Shown in pieces: positions 1 through 8,883 of a DNA stretch of 64,000 bases; positions within the stretch are counted from its first letter, which is position 1; every line of letters begins with the position of its first letter. The stretch comes from a virus (taxonomy: Duplodnaviria > Caudoviricetes), in the IMG/VR virus record IMGVR_UViG_3300021400_000095; one strand, given 5' to 3'. The notes under the pieces were generated by a model, which searched no databases, had not been told where the DNA came from, and was given only the letters and a program-made list of their open reading frames with translations. Both the position numbers and the translations under genes were made by a program.

Positions 1-1170
1 GTCACCACCAATTTCACAATTAAGGTATGAAATATGATTTATTGCACCTTTAGCAACATTACTCTTCTTCCCACCACCAACTCTATATAATACAAATATT
101 GTTGAATTTGGCCTTGGTAAGTAACCTAATGATTCATTCTTGATGATTCTTGATATTAGAAATTGTGAAAATGGTTTTCCTTCACTAATATCAACCTCAT
201 CATTATTTGGGTCAACTCCTGCACCAAATATGATTTTTAAATACCCTCTATCTGTAAACTCAGTAATAAATTTATTTGTTACAGGCTTCCACTCACCCTT
301 TGTTACACAATATGTCACATTGTTACAATCATCATATGCATATTTATGCCCACCATTTTTTTCACCATCAGCAACTTCCCAAATCTTTTGTTGTGCCAAT
401 GACTCTACCTCAAAAAATCTTCTTGTTTTAATTGCATTGTCATTTTCACATTCAATGTCTTGTGTTGTTGAATAAAACTCACCATATGTTGGATTTATGT
501 AAAGATTTGTACCCTCTCTTACAACAATTGATTCAACATTCATTGCATCTTCATCTGGAAGAACAATTTCCATAAATGGATATATATCACTGTTGCCAAC
601 TGTCTTCTTGAATATCTTACTCTCACCTGCAACAACAACTGCTAATTTTGTTACCCTGTAACTGACAACAATGCTATTTGAATTGAGATTTGGTAAAATT
701 GTTCTATCAGGATTTCCTCTTGAATCAAATTGTTCTGAAAAATCTACATCATCCAATAATTCAAAGTTTTGTGAACCTGCTGTTAATCTTGTACCCTTTC
801 TAATAATTGGTGCATAATGATAATCAGGACCAATATCACCTTCACTATTTATTGGTAATGTGCAACTGAATTCAACTTCAGCCATTGCACCTTTAGGACC
901 AGGAACTTTAAAACCATTGTTTCTGGCCAGTGCATATAATGAGCCTGTCTCTGATGCACTATCAATATTTGTCTCTTGAAATACTCTGTCAATATGATAA
1001 CTTAAATTATCAGCAATATCTGCATTAATATCAATAAGCCATGAACCAACAGAAGCATCATTGTAATTCATTTCAAGTTCAGGATAATATTTCTTTGAAA
1101 AATCAATTAATGCTTGCTTATAATCTTGATAATTCCTGTTTAAATAAGAGATTGTCTTTTTTTCAGCCAT
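1..1170 (-). CDS. Baseplate wedge subunit (T4 gp6-like), runs off the left edge
   Basis: Not in ORF track; ATG at 1170, translates MAEKKTISYLNRNYQDYKQALIDFSKKYYPE...DASVGSWLIDINADIADNLSYHIDRVFQE, a typical gp6/baseplate-J N-terminus; directly downstream of gp25-like gene. Confidence 0.85.
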   Translation of the reverse strand, partial: MAEKKTISYLNRNYQDYKQALIDFSKKYYPELEMNYNDASVGSWLIDINADIADNLSYHIDRVFQETNIDSASETGSLYALARNNGFKVPGPKGAMAEVEFSCTLPINSEGDIGPDYHYAPIIRKGTRLTAGSQNFELLDDVDFSEQFDSRGNPDRTILPNLNSNSIVVSYRVTKLAVVVAGESKIFKKTVGNSDIYPFMEIVLPDEDAMNVESIVVREGTNLYINPTYGEFYSTTQDIECENDNAIKTRRFFEVESLAQQKIWEVADGEKNGGHKYAYDDCNNVTYCVTKGEWKPVTNKFITEFTDRGYLKIIFGAGVDPNNDEVDISEGKPFSQFLISRIIKNESLGYLPRPNSTIFVLYRVGGGKKSNVAKGAINHISYLNCEIGGD

Positions 1171-1174
1171 AATA

Positions 1175-1564
1175 TTATATCTTTATACCAACACTGGTCT
1201 TTTCAACCTTATTACCTTTTTTAACACTATAATGTACAATGATAATCATTGAATTTTCATCATTCTCATCTGATGAAAATGTAATGTCATCAAACATGAC
1301 ATTCTCAACATATTTCCCAATATCTGTTGTTAAACTTGCCTTTAACTCATTTAATGTTGTCTCATCCTTTGGTCCAAATATATACTTGATTAAATCAGTA
1401 CCAAAATCAGGATTCCTTAATCTCTGACCCTTTGGTGTGAATAAGACATGTAAAACTTGTGATTTTACACTATCTGTCATTGTATCATTTAAATCCAAAT
1501 ATACCTCATCCAAATTCTCTGAAGTAAATGGATACCTTATTCCAAATTTTTGCTGTATTGCCAT
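1175..1564 (-). CDS. Baseplate wedge subunit (gp25/GPW-like)
   Basis: GIRYPF...TPKGQRLRNPDFGTDL gp25 signature; size and context. Confidence 0.88.
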   Translation of the reverse strand: MAIQQKFGIRYPFTSENLDEVYLDLNDTMTDSVKSQVLHVLFTPKGQRLRNPDFGTDLIKYIFGPKDETTLNELKASLTTDIGKYVENVMFDDITFSSDENDENSMIIIVHYSVKKGNKVEKTSVGIKI

Positions 1565-1582
1565 TTTTATAAATCTTTAACT

Positions 1583-1591
1583 ATAAATAGT
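1583..1591 (-). promoter_or_regulatory. Putative late promoter motif ACTATTTAT
   Basis: Same 9-mer lies a short distance upstream of at least nine genes, mostly virion genes. Confidence 0.6.
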
Positions 1592-1685
1592 TAATATTGC
1601 TTTTTTCCTTATCATTAATTTAAGGTTTATTATTTATAAAATAAAGCAAAAAATTACTATATTATATACAATATAAAATGATAAT

Positions 1686-1708
1686 CCCCATGGTTTTTTC
1701 CCATGGGG
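1686..1708. terminator. Hairpin/intrinsic terminator after glycan cluster
   Basis: CCCCATGG-loop-CCATGGGG between gene 1719-3389 and gp25. Confidence 0.6.
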
Positions 1709-1718
1709 TTTTCTTATT

Positions 1719-3389
1719 TTATATTCTTGTTCCTTCAACCAAATCAAAATCAACTTCATATCTCTTATTTGGTTTGAAATTCTTTTGTACCCACAGTGTC
1801 CAAAGTCTTTCACATAAAAATGCAGGAATCATACTTTGCCATTTTAATACTTTTGTATGTATGTTTTTTCTTTCTTGCTCACTAAATCTAATATATTTTC
1901 CATTTTGGATGTTATTTATGACATGCTCATTTAATTTCCTTTCATCAGTTATGTTGTTTCTTTTTATCCACTCTGAACAACAATTAAATAAGAACTCACA
2001 ATATTCATCATATTTTTCTGCTTTCATAATAAAGCCTGATGAATAATAAAGATTTTCTCCATGCTCAATATATTCATTCCAATATCTTCTATATTCAGGA
2101 TAAAGTTCACCAACAACTTTTCTCATTGATTCAAGGTCATCAATGCAATGTGAAAATCTATAACCACCTCTAACTGTTTTTGCTGGAATATAATCATAAT
2201 TCTTTGGATAATTATATGGTTTTGCACAAATTACATCATACTTTTCAAAAATCTTATCAAAATCAGTATTTTCATCAATTCCTGTAAATCTTCTTCTGTA
2301 TTGACAATTTCCCTTATATTTTGCATCCTTTACATTTTTCCAAATCCAATATACACCAGTATTTTCTGCATACATATAATTTTCACTTGAAATATTATCA
2401 CCTGTATTGTCTTTAAGATAACATACATTTCTATGGTTTACATCTGCACCACATTGCAATGGTGTCATAATTGTATTATCAATGAAATCATAATCTTTCT
2501 TATCATAACATAACATGAAAAGTTGTACATCCTTTCTCTTTTCAAAATCAGGAGGGTCAATTGGAAGTAGGTATGACATGTCAATACCAAGTCTTTCTTT
2601 TACCATATCAACCTTTTCCTTTGTTACTTCATTATATCTGAAAAATCTTGTTTCTGTATATGATTCTCTTTTTTCATCATTAACAATATGGTCAGGAAAA
2701 CCTTTTTCCATCTTATTACAATATTCTTCAATTGTTTTTGTGCTATAATGTCTAATATATGCCAAACTATAATTATAAACAACAAATGGTGTTGTATCCT
2801 TGCAAGCATTTCCTACTGAATCACATTGTCCTACAACATTAATAACATGTGGATTTGAAGGGAATTTAACATTTGTTAAACCACCTCTTGCAATTGATTT
2901 AATATGATAGTTTTCAGGGAACTTATATGCAATTTGCTTATTATAGTCTATTGGTGTTTTGAACCTTTCAACAACAGGTTTATCTTCATAATGAACAATA
3001 CCATTATCACCATAACACATCCAATTGATTTTAATTCCATTAAATGGCTTGAAAATATCTCTTGAAAGGTATTCATCAATGGTTTTGTCTTCCACAAGTG
3101 TTAAAAACTCATCACAATCAAAAAATGCAATCCAATCATATTTATTACCATATGTTGCATAACATTCTGCATATGCATTTAACTGGCACACTGATTTATT
3201 TCTATAATCTTTAATAATAACAAAACCTGAATCAATATAATCACCAATTACATCTTCAAAATGTTCTTCACCATCATAGTTATTATCAAATAAGCATATA
3301 TTGGTAAAACCAAGATTTTTATAATATTCAACATATTCCCTAATATATTGATTTTCTTTTCTTCCAATGCAACAAAGTAATGTTTTCAT
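1719..3389 (-). CDS. Two-domain glycosyltransferase: GT2/GT92-like N-domain plus DUF4422 (GT111 galactofuranosyltransferase-like) C-domain
   Basis: WIAFFDCDEFL DxD motif; C-terminal DNTGDNIS...ENTGVYWIWKN...QYRR...FLCERL DUF4422 pattern. Confidence 0.75.
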   Translation of the reverse strand: MKTLLCCIGRKENQYIREYVEYYKNLGFTNICLFDNNYDGEEHFEDVIGDYIDSGFVIIKDYRNKSVCQLNAYAECYATYGNKYDWIAFFDCDEFLTLVEDKTIDEYLSRDIFKPFNGIKINWMCYGDNGIVHYEDKPVVERFKTPIDYNKQIAYKFPENYHIKSIARGGLTNVKFPSNPHVINVVGQCDSVGNACKDTTPFVVYNYSLAYIRHYSTKTIEEYCNKMEKGFPDHIVNDEKRESYTETRFFRYNEVTKEKVDMVKERLGIDMSYLLPIDPPDFEKRKDVQLFMLCYDKKDYDFIDNTIMTPLQCGADVNHRNVCYLKDNTGDNISSENYMYAENTGVYWIWKNVKDAKYKGNCQYRRRFTGIDENTDFDKIFEKYDVICAKPYNYPKNYDYIPAKTVRGGYRFSHCIDDLESMRKVVGELYPEYRRYWNEYIEHGENLYYSSGFIMKAEKYDEYCEFLFNCCSEWIKRNNITDERKLNEHVINNIQNGKYIRFSEQERKNIHTKVLKWQSMIPAFLCERLWTLWVQKNFKPNKRYEVDFDLVEGTRI

Positions 3390-3392
3390 ATT

Positions 3393-4202
3393 TTATTGTT
3401 TATTTTCCTCATTATTACCAAAAATATCTTCCATTTCAATCTTATCAGCTTCATAAATGCTTTCCTTTGGGAAATTATGAAGAATATATAAAGTAAACAA
3501 TCTTTCAGCCAAGAAGCCACAAATTCCTTGTTGGTATTTTACCCAATCCCAACCTATCTTTTCCTTATCAGGAGGGCATGTTGGTTGTGAGAATGTCTGA
3601 ACATGATGTTCCAATCTATCTTTGTTTGAAATAAAGAATGATTCCAAGAAAACATTGAGAACCCCAAAGACAAATTCACATGCCTTATCAAATTTTTCTT
3701 TCTCACAAATAAAACAATTTGCTGGATATAAAATATGACCATTGTTCATGTATTTGTCCCAATCATTGATATAATCAGGGAAAAATCTTTTCACAATATA
3801 TTCAATGGTAACAAAATCAACATAACTATGACACATGAAATAATTAAATTGAAGTGTTTGGTTGCCAAGGTCTGTTGGTTTGAATGTAATGATTTCTTTT
3901 TTATTCAATATACTACTGATATCCTTATATGAAAGACCAAATCTTCTTCTATAATGTTCACTACCAACATACTTGACATCTTTAACATTTTTCCATACCC
4001 AATACATTCCAGTTAACTCTCTCATACAATCATTTAATATTGAAATATTATCACCTGTATTGTCACAAGTCTCACAAATTTCAACATCCTTATGTAATTC
4101 TTTGCCAACATGTAATGGTGTATGCATTTCATCATCAACCAAGCCATACTCTGGCATCATATGAGTATAGCAATACAATTGTATTTTATTTGATTTCTTC
4201 AT
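3393..4202 (-). CDS. DUF4422-family (GT111-like) glycosyltransferase
   Basis: DNTGDNIS...ELTGMYWVWKN...HYRRRF...GFLAERL; start moved to ATG 4202 (MKKSNK) to avoid overlap with glf. Confidence 0.75.
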   Translation of the reverse strand: MKKSNKIQLYCYTHMMPEYGLVDDEMHTPLHVGKELHKDVEICETCDNTGDNISILNDCMRELTGMYWVWKNVKDVKYVGSEHYRRRFGLSYKDISSILNKKEIITFKPTDLGNQTLQFNYFMCHSYVDFVTIEYIVKRFFPDYINDWDKYMNNGHILYPANCFICEKEKFDKACEFVFGVLNVFLESFFISNKDRLEHHVQTFSQPTCPPDKEKIGWDWVKYQQGICGFLAERLFTLYILHNFPKESIYEADKIEMEDIFGNNEENKQ

Positions 4203-4209
4203 TTTTTTA

Positions 4210-5322
4210 TTAAAATTTAAAATATGATAAAGCTCTTTCAATTGTTGGTGACATATCATAATATTTATATTCTGCAAGTCTTCCACCAAAAACAACATTT
4301 GGTTTATTTATTGAAAGTTCTTTATACTGATTATATATTATATTATTTTTATCATTATTAATTGGATAAAAAGGCTCATTTTGTCCATTGAACATTTCAG
4401 GGTATTCTTTTGAAACAATTGTATGATTTATTTTCATTACATCTTCTTTATTCAAACATTCAAAATACTTATGTTCAATGCTTCTTGTATAATCAACCTC
4501 AGTTGTAGTATAATTGATGACTGCTGTTCCTTGATATGATGGTGCATCATATTGCTTGGTTTCCCATCTTAAACTTCTATAGTCAAGTTTTCCAAATTTG
4601 TAATCAAAGAACTCATCAATACAACCTGTGAATATAATATTATTTGCCAATCCATCAAAATATTCTCTATTATCAAAATAATTACAATTTACTTTAATTT
4701 CAATACCTTTTAATAAAGAATCAAATAATTTATTATATCCCCCAACTGGGATTCCTTGATATATGTCATTGAAATAGTTGTTATTCCATTCAAATCTTAA
4801 TGGAAGTCTTTTAATTATATCAAGTGGTAACTCATTACATGGTTTTCCCCATTGCTTTTCAGTATAACCTTTTATTAATTTTTTATATATTGTTGTTCCA
4901 ACCATTGATATTGCCTGTTCTTCAAGATTCTTTGGTACAATATCTCTTGGTCTCTCTGATTCTATTCTCCTTATTGCATCCTCAGGTGTTATTACATCAT
5001 TCCATATCTCATGAAATGTATTCATATTAAATGGTAAATGATATAAACCATTATTTTCACCACAAAATGCCAATGGTTGATTAATGTAATTGTTAAATGT
5101 TACAAACTGATTTAAAAAATCCCATACTTTTTTATTAGATGTGTGAAAAATATGTGGGCCATATTTATGAACATTAATGCCATCAATATTTTCACAATAG
5201 CAATTCCCACCAATATGTGGCCTTTTATCAATAACAAGACACTTATAACCAAGTTGTTTTGCCATATAAGCAAAAACACAGCCAAATAATCCTGCACCAA
5301 CAATTAAATAATCATATTGCAT
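4210..5322 (-). CDS. glf: UDP-galactopyranose mutase
   Basis: YDYLIVGAGLFG FAD-binding motif, HIGGNCY, HKYGPHIFHT, GGRLAEYKYYDM. Confidence 0.95.
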   Translation of the reverse strand: MQYDYLIVGAGLFGCVFAYMAKQLGYKCLVIDKRPHIGGNCYCENIDGINVHKYGPHIFHTSNKKVWDFLNQFVTFNNYINQPLAFCGENNGLYHLPFNMNTFHEIWNDVITPEDAIRRIESERPRDIVPKNLEEQAISMVGTTIYKKLIKGYTEKQWGKPCNELPLDIIKRLPLRFEWNNNYFNDIYQGIPVGGYNKLFDSLLKGIEIKVNCNYFDNREYFDGLANNIIFTGCIDEFFDYKFGKLDYRSLRWETKQYDAPSYQGTAVINYTTTEVDYTRSIEHKYFECLNKEDVMKINHTIVSKEYPEMFNGQNEPFYPINNDKNNIIYNQYKELSINKPNVVFGGRLAEYKYYDMSPTIERALSYFKF

Positions 5323-5326
5323 ATTA

Positions 5327-6070
5327 TTAAAATTTTAAATCACCAAAAATTGTTTCTATTTTGTCAACCTTTTTAACTTGACAACTTGTCTTATTAATAT
5401 AATATTTGTCAATTTTATTTAAAACACTTGAATTCTTTTTCTCTTTAATATATGCTGCACACCACACACCAACATATTTGAATATGTTTTTGTAATCAAA
5501 TTCATCATTATATGTTATGTTGTCCATGATTTTCAATGTCTTCAGATAATCAATATTATTTTGATTATAATATTTTAACAAATTCATGCCAAGGCAAACA
5601 TCATCAACACCTGTATAACATTTATCTTTAATGAATTCAAAAATATCCTTCATTATTTGTTTATTTATAACAATAAAATTACCTCTTAAAAATGGTGCAC
5701 CTTGACTTTCAGCATTTGATAAGAGGTATCCACCATATAATTCCCTAACATTTGGGTCTAACCTATCCAATGTGTTTAATAATAGTTCAACATTTATCCA
5801 AGTACTTGTATTTGTTCTAACAATAAAATCATACTTGTTACTATTCCTGAAAACAGATAATGCCCTTATTGTTTTGGTAAATGTATGATTTAAATCATCA
5901 TCAGATTTAAGTTTTAAAACATCACCTTCAAGTGTATCTGTGCCATCACCTCTATAAAAAATAAGGTCACATCCTTTTCTTAATCTGCTACCCCATGTTT
6001 TCCTAATGATTTCTTCCTCTTCAAGAAATCTTTCTTGATTACAAGATTGTACTAAAAATAAAACTCTCAT
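5327..6070 (-). CDS. Putative glycosyltransferase (GT31/galactosyltransferase-like)
   Basis: IRKTWG, YDFIVRTNTSTWIN, DDVCLG motifs; glycan-cluster context. Confidence 0.55.
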   Translation of the reverse strand: MRVLFLVQSCNQERFLEEEEIIRKTWGSRLRKGCDLIFYRGDGTDTLEGDVLKLKSDDDLNHTFTKTIRALSVFRNSNKYDFIVRTNTSTWINVELLLNTLDRLDPNVRELYGGYLLSNAESQGAPFLRGNFIVINKQIMKDIFEFIKDKCYTGVDDVCLGMNLLKYYNQNNIDYLKTLKIMDNITYNDEFDYKNIFKYVGVWCAAYIKEKKNSSVLNKIDKYYINKTSCQVKKVDKIETIFGDLKF

Positions 6071-6942
6071 TTTAAATCATATAATTTATTGGTACTTAGA
6101 CAAAAAACAGGTTTTTTTGTTATTCTATTTATTTCTTTGGCTTGTTGGTCATCTGATTCAACAAACAATTTATAATCACTCAACTTATTATACACATAAG
6201 ATTTATATAGCCAAGAAGGTGTTTTAGCCCTTTCTTCATATGAATCAGAATTAAACATATAAACTAGTTTTTTTGTCAGCCCAACACTATCTAAAAACTT
6301 AAAGGTTTGCTCCTTATATTTTATTAATCTATATGTACAAATTGTTATTTTGTCCAAAGTTGGTATTATTAGTGGTATTGGATTATCTATATATTTTACA
6401 TATTCATCAATTTTTCTCTCATCAGGTGGTTCAACACATAAAACACCATCTAAATCAAAAATAGTCTTTTCCATAATACCAGGATTTGAAAATAAATTCC
6501 ACTCATACAAGCATATACCAAATCCACTATTTTTAACATTTTTACTAATATCCACTAAATACAAATCTGGTTTATCAATCATACAACTTCCTTCAAGATA
6601 AACACACATAAATATGAATTCATATTCATTGTTGAATTTACTTAATTTCAATCTATTTTTCTTTGTCTCTGTCCCATTATAACAAGTATCATCTACAACT
6701 AAAATTTTTTTTGACTCAATGCTTCTTAGTTTTCTATTACCATGATTTGAACTAAAAACATCAGCACCCTTTTCAATAAATTCATTAATAGTACATAGCC
6801 CAACATTTAATTGACCTGCAATTATTGTTGCAGGTAACATTCCACTTCTTGGAACACCAATGATACCTAAAACATCTTTTGGTATTTTTGTTATATTTGT
6901 TTTAATATCTTCTATTATCTTTTGGTATGAAATATATTCCAT
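6067..6942 (-). CDS. Phosphoribosyltransferase domain fused to HAD-like phosphatase domain
   Basis: GVPRSG and ILVVDDTCYNG PRPP-binding loop; C-terminal FDLDGVL HAD motif I. Confidence 0.7.
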   Translation of the reverse strand: MEYISYQKIIEDIKTNITKIPKDVLGIIGVPRSGMLPATIIAGQLNVGLCTINEFIEKGADVFSSNHGNRKLRSIESKKILVVDDTCYNGTETKKNRLKLSKFNNEYEFIFMCVYLEGSCMIDKPDLYLVDISKNVKNSGFGICLYEWNLFSNPGIMEKTIFDLDGVLCVEPPDERKIDEYVKYIDNPIPLIIPTLDKITICTYRLIKYKEQTFKFLDSVGLTKKLVYMFNSDSYEERAKTPSWLYKSYVYNKLSDYKLFVESDDQQAKEINRITKKPVFCLSTNKLYDLK

Positions 6943-7586
6943 TTGAAATATTTACAATTAAAAATTGACTTATCTAAAACTACTATTTCTGTATTTGTTT
7001 TCCATTTAGCATAATATAAAGAGAGTTGGTCTCTGTGGCTTTTATTTTTTACCTCATTCCACCAACATTCCATTAGTTTTATGCATTCTGAATTATTGTG
7101 ATATCTGAAAATGATGGAATTTTGTGTTAAGCCATAATTTTCAGGAAACCCTTCTTTTTTATATCCTTCAACTTGTTCAAACATTGTTTCCTTTTTGTCT
7201 TTTTTAAGGTCAACAAGTGCTATTGCTTCATCATATATACAATTTCTCCCATATGGGTGTTTTCCAATAAAAACATAACCCTTGTCAGGTGTACAATTAT
7301 TTCTAACATACTCATTGATGTCTCCCTTAATATCAATATTACCATCAATGTAAATTGAAAAATCATATTCAGGTAAATATTTGTGGGGCAATATTTTGAT
7401 ACACCTGTTTTTCTTTGAATCTGACAATTCTTTTAATTCATCTGGAATATATCTTATTTCCCAAAAATCACTTTTCAAATTTTTATTATCAGTAAAACAA
7501 ATATAATCAAATCCATCTTGTTTTGGTTGGTTCTTTAATGTGTCATAATTACCTGCTATGACTGTATATATAACCTTTCTGTTCAT
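6915..7586 (-). CDS. DUF616 (TOD1/MUCI70-like) glycosyltransferase
   Basis: VIYTVIAGNYD, ICFTDN, KILPH.YLPEYD.SIYIDGN, RDQLS. Confidence 0.8.
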   Translation of the reverse strand: MNRKVIYTVIAGNYDTLKNQPKQDGFDYICFTDNKNLKSDFWEIRYIPDELKELSDSKKNRCIKILPHKYLPEYDFSIYIDGNIDIKGDINEYVRNNCTPDKGYVFIGKHPYGRNCIYDEAIALVDLKKDKKETMFEQVEGYKKEGFPENYGLTQNSIIFRYHNNSECIKLMECWWNEVKNKSHRDQLSLYYAKWKTNTEIVVLDKSIFNCKYFKWNIFHTKR

Positions 7587-7661
7587 ATTTTTTTATGGGA
7601 AAATAAACTAAAAAAACATTAAAATCAAGTATATTGGTAAAAATCATTATAACAGTTATTA

Positions 7662-8024
7662 TTACTTACTTAATATCTTGATGAATTTTTTAATTAGTAG
7701 CAATAAAGTCTTAAACAACATATCTATTGACTTGTGATTCATTATTTTAAACTTCAAATTCTGCCACCAAGTCAATGATACATAAATTTCACTGTTATTA
7801 TTGTCTTCCCTTCTTAACTGATACACATATTTATCAAACACCTTAACATTAAGGATATCAGTATATTTCACTTTATCAGTTCTATATATTTTATAAAAAA
7901 TGTTTGGCTTATTGCTAATATAATAGTTATTTCCTACTATTGTAATGGTGTTATTTTTATCATAAACTTCTAATGTACCATCTGCTTCATTAAGTTCATT
8001 AGCTTTTAAGTTCTTTATCTTCAT
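7662..8024 (-). CDS. Hypothetical protein
   Basis: Intact ORF packed in the operon. Confidence 0.55.
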   Translation of the reverse strand: MKIKNLKANELNEADGTLEVYDKNNTITIVGNNYYISNKPNIFYKIYRTDKVKYTDILNVKVFDKYVYQLRREDNNNSEIYVSLTWWQNLKFKIMNHKSIDMLFKTLLLLIKKFIKILSK

Positions 8025-8883
8025 TTTTTTTTAAATTTAACAAATCACCAATTATTTTATTATATTTACTATCCTTATAATGGAAAAATCCAGCGCCAGG
8101 TGTAAAGGTAAGTTCACCAATATATAATTTACCATTAATTTCATAAAAATCTACTCTTACAAACTTAAAATCTTCTGACAAAACCTTAGCATATTCAATC
8201 ATTTTATCAAATGTATTTGGTTTTTGTGGATTATATGGCATTGGTCTAAAATCAGTTCTTTCAATGTCAAGTTTATTGAAATTCATGTCATAATAGTTCA
8301 TCCTACCATGACCATTTCCATCATTAATTGTCATGAATTTTGGTTCACCATTAAAACACCAGAATTTATAATCAAACAATGATTGTTTTTGTCCTTCATC
8401 ACTCATATATTTTTCAACAAAAATTCTATGAGGAATATCATGATAATGCATTTCATAACCAACATGGAATGCAAAATCATCATTCATGAAACCTTGTAAT
8501 CTTCTTTCAGCATCAGCAATATTTAATGTGCTTTTATCTTTTACAATAATATTCATTCCTGAACCATGATTACATTTGATAACAAACTGATTTGGTAATT
8601 CATCCCAATTTATATCACTAACCTTATCATAAATTTTAATGATTGGAATGCATAAATCAACACCTAATTTCTCCTTACAATAATCATGCAATTGGATTTT
8701 ATCAGCACATCTTGTTTTCAATGGTGTTGAATCATAGATTTTCATCCAATTAAGTTTATCTTGAATTGTTACAGGATTATCAAGATTATAGCCAATGCCA
8801 TGCCTTTTACATAAATTAATTAATGGCTCTTTATATTTCTCAAATCTTTTATCCAATTCTTCCATATTACCAGTTACTATCAA
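7999..8883 (-). CDS. TupA-like ATP-grasp protein (polysaccharide amidation/ligation)
   Basis: LPNQFVIKCNHGSG, DYKFWCFNGEP, FVRVDFY, GELTFTPGAG. Confidence 0.85.
   Translation of the reverse strand: MIVTGNMEELDKRFEKYKEPLINLCKRHGIGYNLDNPVTIQDKLNWMKIYDSTPLKTRCADKIQLHDYCKEKLGVDLCIPIIKIYDKVSDINWDELPNQFVIKCNHGSGMNIIVKDKSTLNIADAERRLQGFMNDDFAFHVGYEMHYHDIPHRIFVEKYMSDEGQKQSLFDYKFWCFNGEPKFMTINDGNGHGRMNYYDMNFNKLDIERTDFRPMPYNPQKPNTFDKMIEYAKVLSEDFKFVRVDFYEINGKLYIGELTFTPGAGFFHYKDSKYNKIIGDLLNLKKNEDKELKS

Noticed and set aside
140-475. Short antisense or alternate-frame ORFs from the track (e.g. 140-475, 25212-25751, 36105-36674, 39738-40337, 63536-63902)
   Set aside because: They shadow well-supported genes on the other strand or frame and have no motifs or expression signals
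1582-1589. T4-type late promoter TATAAATA on the + strand
   Set aside because: Orientation is consistently opposite to the adjacent genes, so the functional sense is more likely ACTATTTAT
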